This document shows, in pieces, positions 48,008 through 55,822 of a stretch of 55,822 bases of DNA; within the stretch, counting starts at the first letter, position 1, and every line of letters begins with the position of its first letter. The DNA comes from Octopus bimaculoides (taxonomy: Eukaryota). The notes under the pieces were generated by a model. That model did not search any database. It had not been told where the DNA came from and worked only from the letters and a program-made list of their open reading frames with translations. Both the position numbers and the translations under genes were made by a program. The stretch lies in NCBI RefSeq assembly GCF_001194135.2, contig NC_069004.1, forward strand, positions 3,553,711 to 3,609,532. The letters are read 5' to 3'.

Positions 48008-48209
48008 TTATATGTATGTATATTTGTGTGTCTGTGTAATTGCATGTAATTATATTTTCGCTGCTTGATAGTTTGTGTATATAATTATATGCACCATTGC
48101 TATGCATAAAATTACATACGTAAATATATATTCTCTTAGAAATGTTGTGTATATATATATATCTCAATATATTATAGATAAATGCTTGTTTGACAATATA
48201 TTCGAATTG

Positions 48210-48455
48210 GTGTGATGGCGGTGGTGGTGGCGGTGGTGGTATTTTGGGTGGTGGTGTGATGATGGTGATTGCGACGAAGACGGAGAATCAATAATGAGGT
48301 AGTTTGCGTTGGTGATCGACGATGACGTCATTGATGACCACAATGCCGTTCCTGTTAATGGCCATGATGAGGATGTCTATTATTATTATTATTATTATCA
48401 TTATTATCATGGTGATGATGATGATGATGATGATGATGAGGAGGAGGAGGAGGTG
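48210..48455. repeat. Degenerate compound trinucleotide field (GGT/GAT/TAT/GAG)
   Basis: Directly visible; source of polyD/E/Y/H ORFs. Confidence 0.9.
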
Positions 48456-48710
48456 GATCGTTGTGGCGATGTTGGTTTTGATAACGAGGAAAATTTTCAC
48501 CAGTCTTTACAGTTGTATGTCGAAGCATGTGTGTGTGTGTGTGTGTGTGTGCGAAGAGTGAGAGAGAAAGAGGGTGAAAGAGAGGAGAGAAAGAGAGAGA
48601 GGGGGAAAAGAATTTGGTGGTACTGTGTACTACTACTATATCTAAGAAAAGAGTACTCAATACCTTTGTAGAGCAAACAGGTTTTAGGGAATTTGGAAGG
48701 AAGGGTCAAC

Positions 48711-48762
48711 GCATCACAGTGACCAAAGGTTTCATCCTTAAATAGGGATCTTCAGGCAAGGC
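48711..48762 (-). ncRNA. Hammerhead-like core with canonical CUGAAGA, stem I lost
   Basis: Minus strand CTGAAGA-TCCCTATTTAAGGAT-GAA-ACCTTTGGT-C: short stem II, 3-bp helix III (ACC/GGT), GUC triplet. Confidence 0.35.
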
Positions 48763-50432
48763 AATAATATGTATGTACATGCCAATAGTCCGATTCATGC
48801 TAGTATGGAACATGGACGTTACATGGTTATGATATGGTGATCACACACACACACAAATATATACATGCGTGAGTGTATGTATATACATATAAATACACAC
48901 ATACACACATAGCCATGCACTTATCTATATCAAGTGCTTGTATGTATATGCGTGTGTGTGTATATATATATATAGGTATACATGATGATGAAGTAAGTTG
49001 TAAAAAATGGGAGCCGAATATCGAAATCCTTCTGTTTCTGGTCATTTTTTTTCTCTAAATCTTTTTTATAGGTCTAGAATCCTTGTCTACAAGAATTGGT
49101 AGCCCTTTTCCTAGACCAGTGACGTCAGGATGTTTGAGGTCTTGGAACTCTTTTGAGGAATTCGATACTTACAGGGAGCATGTCGTGCAAAGGGTAGTTG
49201 AGGTTTTGGGAGATGAAGGGTTGACTATGTGACGAAAACAACACTGAACCAAAAAAAAAAAAAAAAAAATTAGAGAAGCCAACCAGCAAAAATCGACGTT
49301 TAACATGTCTCGTCAAACGTTGTTGATGCGGTGTGGTGTTCATGCTGATATTGAAATTGATTGAGGTATCAGGAAACAGCCAACCAAGCAAGCAACCAAC
49401 CACTTCGATAAGTTTATAGAACGTGGATGAAGCTATGCAAGAGGCCCTGGCACACGTCTCGCTTTTCGCACTTAACCCCGGCCCTGTCTGATCAAGCAAG
49501 GCCCATGACTGAAGCAGTCAAATGATGATCATACGTCAAGGACACTGTCTTTCCAGATTGCATTTTTGCATTATCTGATGTGACCCCTTTTAAGACAGGA
49601 CGGTATATTTTCGAAGGCATATCGCTGCTATTTCTAGCAAACTCGATCTCGTTTCTTGACAACCAGTCCACTCTAATTGTGGTTTATCTTTGTTTAGTTC
49701 TTGGTCGAGCAGGCTTACGAAAGAGCACGCTCCAGCAGTGGCCATCTCGTCTTTTTAGGGATTCTCTCACAATCACATATTTAAAAGGTCCAACTCATCT
49801 GATTTCTCGTTTTCTTAATTTAAAAAAACTGGCGGATGTGATTCGAAGACAGTTTGCAGGATCTATTTCTAGCAGGTCGAGCAACGACGTAGAGGGCACC
49901 CCCTCCTCCCTTATCGAAGCGAAACTTCCAGCTTCCACTGCATAAATTATGTAGATAAGATAGACAGTTGGGGGANNNNNNNNNNNNNNNNNNNNNNNNN
50001 NNNNNNNNNNNNNNNNNNNNNNNNNNNNNNNNNNNNNNNNNNNNNNNNNNNNNNNNNNNNNNNNNNNNNNNNNNNNNNNNNNNNNNNNNNNNNNNNNNNN
50101 NNNNNNNNNNNNNNNNNNNNNNNNNNNNNNNNNNNNNNNNNNNNNNNNNNNNNNNNNNNNNNNNNNNNNNNNNNNNNNNNNNNNNNNNNNNNNNNNNNNN
50201 NNNNNNNNNNNNNNNNNNNNNNNNNNNNNNNNNNNNNNNNNNNNNNNNNNNNNNNNNNNNNNNNNNNNNNNNNNNNNNNNNNNNNNNNNNNNNNNNNNNN
50301 NNNNNNNNNNNNNNNNNNNNNNNNNNNNNNNNNNNNNNNNNNNNNNNNNNNNNNNNNNNNNNNNNNNNNNNNNNNNNNNNNNNNNNNNNNNNNATATATA
50401 TATATATACACACATAAACACACACACACACA

Positions 50433-50473
<41 letters not shown>

Positions 50474-50489
50474 CGTTTCGTACAATTCA

Positions 50490-53400
50490 TATATATCACA
50501 CTACGAGCGTGTCAGTGACTCATTACAAGGGTCTCTATGACACTACATATATTACACATTCAATGTAACACGCTACAGTAGTCGCTGCGAAATACTAGTA
50601 TACAGTCAATGGGAGACTTAAACTAACTAGTACAGACTGTGTGACACACTCTCTATGGTTACAGTAGTATTTAACGCAACAGGCTGTGACACACCATAGC
50701 AGTGTGCGATGGAAAGCGGCAGGCTATGGCACACAAAAGTCTAGATGTTACACTTACAACCTGTGACTGCTGCATTTTGTAATCTACTACTATAACGACA
50801 CGTTTGTAGTGTATCATAGAGACTAGACACGTCACGAACTGATGGAGTGTTACAGACTGAGATTACTTTACCAAGACTCTAGTTGTGCTAAGCTGACTAT
50901 TAGTGTGTCGCAGTGTTTTGCAATGTCACAACCTGTCGTGTCACAGACTCTAGCAGCGTATCACATGCACTGTAGTAGTGTTACATTCTGGCAGCGTTAC
51001 AAAGACTATAGTTGTGCCAATTAGACTAGTAGTGTGTCACAGATTTCAACGGTTGTAGTATGTCACTGTTGCAGTATGTCATAGCCTGTATTGCCACAGA
51101 CTCTGGCAATTTGTCACATAGACTATAGTAATGTCAGGGAGTGTAGTAGCGTTACAAAGACTGTACATGTGCTACATAGACTGTCGTATCTTGCAGTTTG
51201 TAATAATGTCACAAACTTCAGCAGTGTGTTCCATATATTGTGGTAGTGTCAGAAACAGTGATAGTGATAAAGATTGGTAGTAAGTCACAGCTTCTAATGT
51301 AGCAAATTCCATTAGTATGTCACATAGAATGTAGTCGCAACACAGTATGTGGCAGTGTTATGTAGTCTGTAGTTGTGTTACAGCTTGTTGTAATGTCACA
51401 GACTCCTGCAATGTGTCATATGAGCTGTAGCAGTGACACACTATGGTGGCATAAAAAAAGACTGTAGTTGTGTTATGTGGAGTGTTTGTCACACTTTATA
51501 GTAATGCAGACCCCAGCAGTGTATCACAGATATAGGTATTCCACATGAAATTTAGTGGTTTGTCAGACTGTATAGTCTGTTAGATTTGTATGCCACTAGT
51601 GCAAACTCCTTGATACAGTTAGTGTGATACACTCTGAAAATATGACACAGCTAGTTTGTGACACCCTAGTTGATTCTGTGTGACACACGACTACATTTTA
51701 TGTCACGCTTCAGTGTGTATTATACACTGGCAGAGTTTGTCATGTTACTTACTGTGTGTTATATTCTACAGCAGTATACGTGGCACAACAGGAGTTTGTG
51801 ACACGTACTGTTTGATGTGACAAGAGTACAAGCTTTTGTGACATTGCTATCGACTGAAATACTATTACACCTACTGCTACAGTCTGCATCACGCTTCCAC
51901 AGTCTATGTGACACACTGCTGAAGTCCAAGGTGCATTTGACTGACTATCGTTCTATGTGATACATTACAATTTGTGACATTCTGTTCTGTGACACATCAC
52001 TACAGGACTATATGAAACAATACTATGGTCAATGACTGACTATCAATCAATGAGATGACACTACAATGCTCCATGGTCTTGTTACTGTCCATATATAACA
52101 CATAAAAAGCTAGATTCTATGTAGCACATTTATATTTACTGCTATAGTGTATGGTCTACATACTCTCTGTGTGACAACAACTTGCACGTGTGACACTGCA
52201 AAACTATAGTGTGGACTGATTACAGAATATGGCACACTGCCCCAATCTGCAGCTGTTAAATTCTATGATGCACTATTACATAGTCTGTGACACAGATACA
52301 CATACAGTATGTATTTACAACAATATTGTAACACAACTACAGGTAATGAACTAGACTGTAGTATTAAGGTACAAAGGTTGTACTAATGTGTAACATGGAC
52401 AAGTAGTGTGTCATAAAGGTTGTAGTATTGTGTCACAGGTTTGGCACATATATTAATTACATTGCTAATAATTGTGTGATACATAGGTAGAAATCATATA
52501 GTAACCAGGTAGTTACATGCACTGTATATATAGTAACATTATTGTAGTGTACTGCAATTCATGTAACACTGTACAGCAGAGTATATTTTTAATGTCTGTG
52601 ATGTCACACAATACAACTTATAACTATAGTCTGTGACACACATTATAGAATTGTACATGACAATACTACAATGAATGTGACTCACTGTAGATGTCACGTG
52701 ATACACCATAATAGTCTCAGTGTAACATTACAATAGTCTGTGTTTTATGTTACTGTAGTCTATGTGACACTACTACAGCCAATATGGCACACTACCACCA
52801 TTGCATGTGCAAAATTATTACAACCGATGTGTCGTTCTACAACAGTCTGATATACATTTAGTCTGTGACAGTGCATTAGACTGTTACTGCTAACATTTGT
52901 GACACTGTCACAAATTGTGTAACACTGCATCTCTCAACCTTATGTCATTGGCACAATCTCATTGAGACACTACTATAGTCTGTGATACTACACTAGTCTG
53001 TTAGTACTGAAACGTGTAACTTAGACTATAATACTATGTTACTACTAAGGCTTGTAATACTGTTACAAACTATATAGCACTATGATGGTCACTGTGACTT
53101 ACAATCTATGATTACTACAATCTATTTGACACAATACTATAATCTGTATCGCTACTAACGTTTGTGTCTCTGCTACAGACCGTAACACAACAATAGCCAT
53201 TGTAACTTACACTCTAAGTAATTGTTACAGTCTGTGTGACAGGACACTACCTTGTATGACACAAGATGTGATAAACTTATTACTACACTGTTTGAAACAC
53301 TTTAACACAATGGAGTAGTTTTTGTAACACAAAGCCTATCTATGTATTGTACCTTGTGATCATTATCACAGTACGTGTAACACACTGCAGTAGCTTTATA

Positions 53401-54560
53401 TGTTACATTACAAAAATTTAAATTACTAATACTCAAATTTTTGTGATTAGAATAGTTTTTATTTATGATTTTTATTAATGATTTTTATTTATTTTATGCA
53501 CGACATTGTGCCAAACTCCAGTCACCCCTTGTGTTGTAGTACCCCTGTTTGTTTTGTGTTCGGTCCTTGTGACCTAAATAAACATTATTACTATTATTGA
53601 ACAGTAGGGTCGATGTAATCGGCTCACTCCTCCCCCCAAATTGCTGCCCTTGTAGAAAAATTTGAAACCATTATTATTATTATTATTATTTTTAATGCTG
53701 TTGTTATTGTTATACTTGTATATGTACACTATTACTCATATGGTTATATTATATATTTATTAAATCTCATTAACTATGTACAGGCGTTTACAATAATCTA
53801 CGAGACATTTTTTGCTACAACAGCTTATACATGTTCTATAAGCTTTGTGACACAGGATAGAAACCTATGTGTCTATTACAGGCTTTGCGTATGTGATACT
53901 CATATTTTTGTGGCTTATAGCTTGTCTAGGTAACAAAATGCCACAGTGAACATGAACGAACGATATCATTAGTGTTTGCGACTACTAAACTCTACGTGAC
54001 ACACTGCAAACTCTCTGTGGAACATTATTACTATATGCGACACTATAGTCACGCAAGAAGCCAGTGTGACTCTAAATGATTACAGACTCTGCCACATCGG
54101 GAGGCGGTCTACATGGCATAAAACTGACGCTACGCTACGCAACGATCAATGTGACTCTAAAAAAAAAACCAGACTCTGACTCACTACAATGGTATATGTG
54201 ACACACAAATACTCTGTGACAGTATATTACACACCGGCCAATATGACTCTACACATGCACAGACAATGACACAGTGCCACGACCTATGTGACAGTAATAC
54301 AGTTCTCTGTCACTCACTGCAACAATCCTTAGGTTTTGCAATCCATGTCGCAGCTGCTAGTATATTACGCAACACAACTAATTCTATAAGCGGAATACGA
54401 TCCAATCTACGTGGATCATTTGCCCAAAGCTCTTTGTGACGTCTAAGATCTCTGTGACACTGTTAACATCGATGCGAACAAGTACAGTTTACATATTGGT
54501 ATCGTCTAATGTGTATCATTGTACATTACATAACATTCCATCTGACATGAGAACGGAGGA
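50490..54560. repeat. Highly degenerate ~20-bp tandem repeat block, consensus about GTGTCACA(TA)GACTGTAGTA, in alternating orientations
   Basis: Forward units e.g. GTGTCACAGACTCTAGCAG (50938), TGTCACATAGACTATAGTA (51112); reverse units e.g. CAGTCTATGTGACACACTGC (51900), CTGTAGTCTATGTGACACTACTACAG (52753). Confidence 0.75.
53598..53692 (+). mobile_element. Family B SINE 3' fragment with (ATT)n tail
   Basis: GGGTCGATGTAATCGGCTCACTCCTCCCCCCAAATTGCTGCCCTTGTAGAAAAATTTGAAACCATTATTATT. Confidence 0.88.
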
Positions 54561-54642
54561 GATGCATTACGATGCCTTAGACAACAGCCTCAGTTTTGGC
54601 TACTATAAACCACGTATATACGTATATGCAGCAACAATTTAC

Positions 54643-54678
<36 letters not shown>

Positions 54679-54770
54679 GTTCAAAAACACAATAACAAAA
54701 AAACAAAAAAACAACAAAGTGAGGACGTGATATGGATAGTATTATTGGACGCTCAGGAAAGGAAAGAGAG

Positions 54771-54811
54771 AGTGTATGACGTTTCGGGCGTAGCCCTTCG
54801 TCGGAAAGATG
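54771..54811 (-). ncRNA. Minimal Penelope-type hammerhead-like motif
   Basis: Minus strand CCGACGA-A-GGGC-TAC-GCCC-GAA-ACGT-C; palindromic ACGT helix III and GUC triplet (C at 54778); stem I weak. Confidence 0.5.
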
Positions 54812-55077
54812 GAAAGTTCGGAGAATGGAAGAACGGAGAAAGAGGAAAATGGTACCGATGCCCACGAGGTTACATATATATATATATATGAGACAGAGGA
54901 GTGAGGGTTTCGGTAAATTTGTGTCTAATGACGTAATGTAGTAGGCATACACAAGTGCTCAAGTTGACATGCCATCTATAACTCTTGACTTGAACTACGA
55001 CTAAAAAAGCAGTGGTGTTTATATCTACTTAACAGTCAATGGTTTATTATTGACTACAGTATAATAGTACTGTAGGA

Positions 55078-55123
<46 letters not shown>

Positions 55124-55131
55124 TATATTTT

Positions 55132-55254
55132 TTTACGTTCTGAGTTCAAATTCCTTCGAGGTCGACTTTGACTTTCAGCCTTTCAGGGTCGATAAATTAA
55201 GTACCAGTTGCGTACTGGAGTCGATCTAATCGACTGGCCCCCCTCCTGCAAAAT
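55132..55254 (+). mobile_element. Family B SINE, 5'-truncated
   Basis: TTACGTTCTGAGTTCAAATTCCTTCGAGGTCGACTTTGACTTTCAGCCTTTCAGGGTCGATAAATTAAGTACCAG..GTCGATCTAATCGACTGG. Confidence 0.9.
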
Positions 55255-55266
55255 ATATATTTTTGA

Positions 55267-55318
<52 letters not shown>

Positions 55319-55366
55319 TTAAACGAGTCTCCTGTTTTGTTCTGCTCTCTCTTATGGACTCTAATT

Positions 55367-55627
55367 CTAAGGTTCTCAACCCATTTTGGCCAAATGTACT
55401 TAATTGAAATGCAAAAAATACCCCCCCCCCAAACATGAAAGAATGAATGGAAAGTTTGGTAGTTGTGTTTATTTCGACCACACCNNNNNNNNNNNNNNNN
55501 NNNNNNNNNNNNNNNNNNNNNNNNCTGTATATCGAAAGAGTGCTCTTTGGTACAATAGAGCCCCATTTGCTCCAAAACGCCCCCCTCGAACTCCAAATAA
55601 CCCCCCCACCACCGTTGAGAACCTTTG
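55367..55627. mobile_element. hAT-superfamily MITE with 14-bp TIRs and 8-bp TSD
   Basis: Left TIR CTAAGGTTCTCAAC (55367-55380), right TIR GTTGAGAACCTTTG (55614-55627), 13/14 match; identical flanking CTCTAATT at 55359-55366 and 55628-55635. Confidence 0.85.
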
Positions 55628-55782
55628 CTCTAATTCATTCAAAGGAATATGGATACCAAGCGTAAATCTATGAACAGATTATTTCATTCTTGACTGGAAT
55701 TGGGATCTAGACGGATTTACTTAGAGTTCTATGCATCGGTTGACTGTTCTATTTCCTCAAACGAAATGGCAACTTTTTAACA

Positions 55783-55822
<40 letters not shown>

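Noticed and set aside
50490-54560. The repeat block as a repetitive protein gene
   Set aside because: Unit length is variable and not a multiple of three, orientation switches, and there are no long ORFs in any frame.
198-55665. Most ORFs in the supplied six-frame track
   Set aside because: They translate (TA)n, (CA)n, (TG)n, tetranucleotide repeats or N gaps ([16 protein letters not shown]); no domain signal.

Overview
Eukaryotic, gap-rich genomic DNA (many N runs, (AC)n at both ends, possibly a whole small scaffold). The microsatellite density and the tRNA-derived SINE families point to an octopus (coleoid cephalopod) genome; that assignment is inference from recalled repeat consensus, not a database result. 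I find no convincing intact protein-coding gene, rRNA, true tRNA or CRISPR array. Nearly all ORFs in the supplied track are translations of microsatellites ([12 protein letters not shown]) or N gaps. The window holds about 35 SINE copies or fragments in several families, which I label A, B, C, D and G. It also holds decayed non-LTR retrotransposon coding remnants (RTE at 2.9 kb, CR1/L2-like RT at 36.5-37.4 kb, Penelope-like RT at 42.4-42.9 kb) and a hAT-type MITE with a perfect 8-bp TSD. Most notable: (1) several hammerhead-ribozyme-like motifs of the Penelope/minimal type, including a head-to-head pair at 19.3-19.5 kb with a non-canonical CCGACGA core; (2) a ~4 kb microsatellite-free block of a degenerate ~20-bp repeat arranged in alternating inverted domains (50.5-54.6 kb); (3) a seven-copy head-to-tail SINE array (14.6-16.1 kb); (4) a ~24-bp minisatellite carrying a dense TAATCC cluster (25.3-26.4 kb). 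All alignments and folds were done by eye and coordinates of decayed repeats are approximate.
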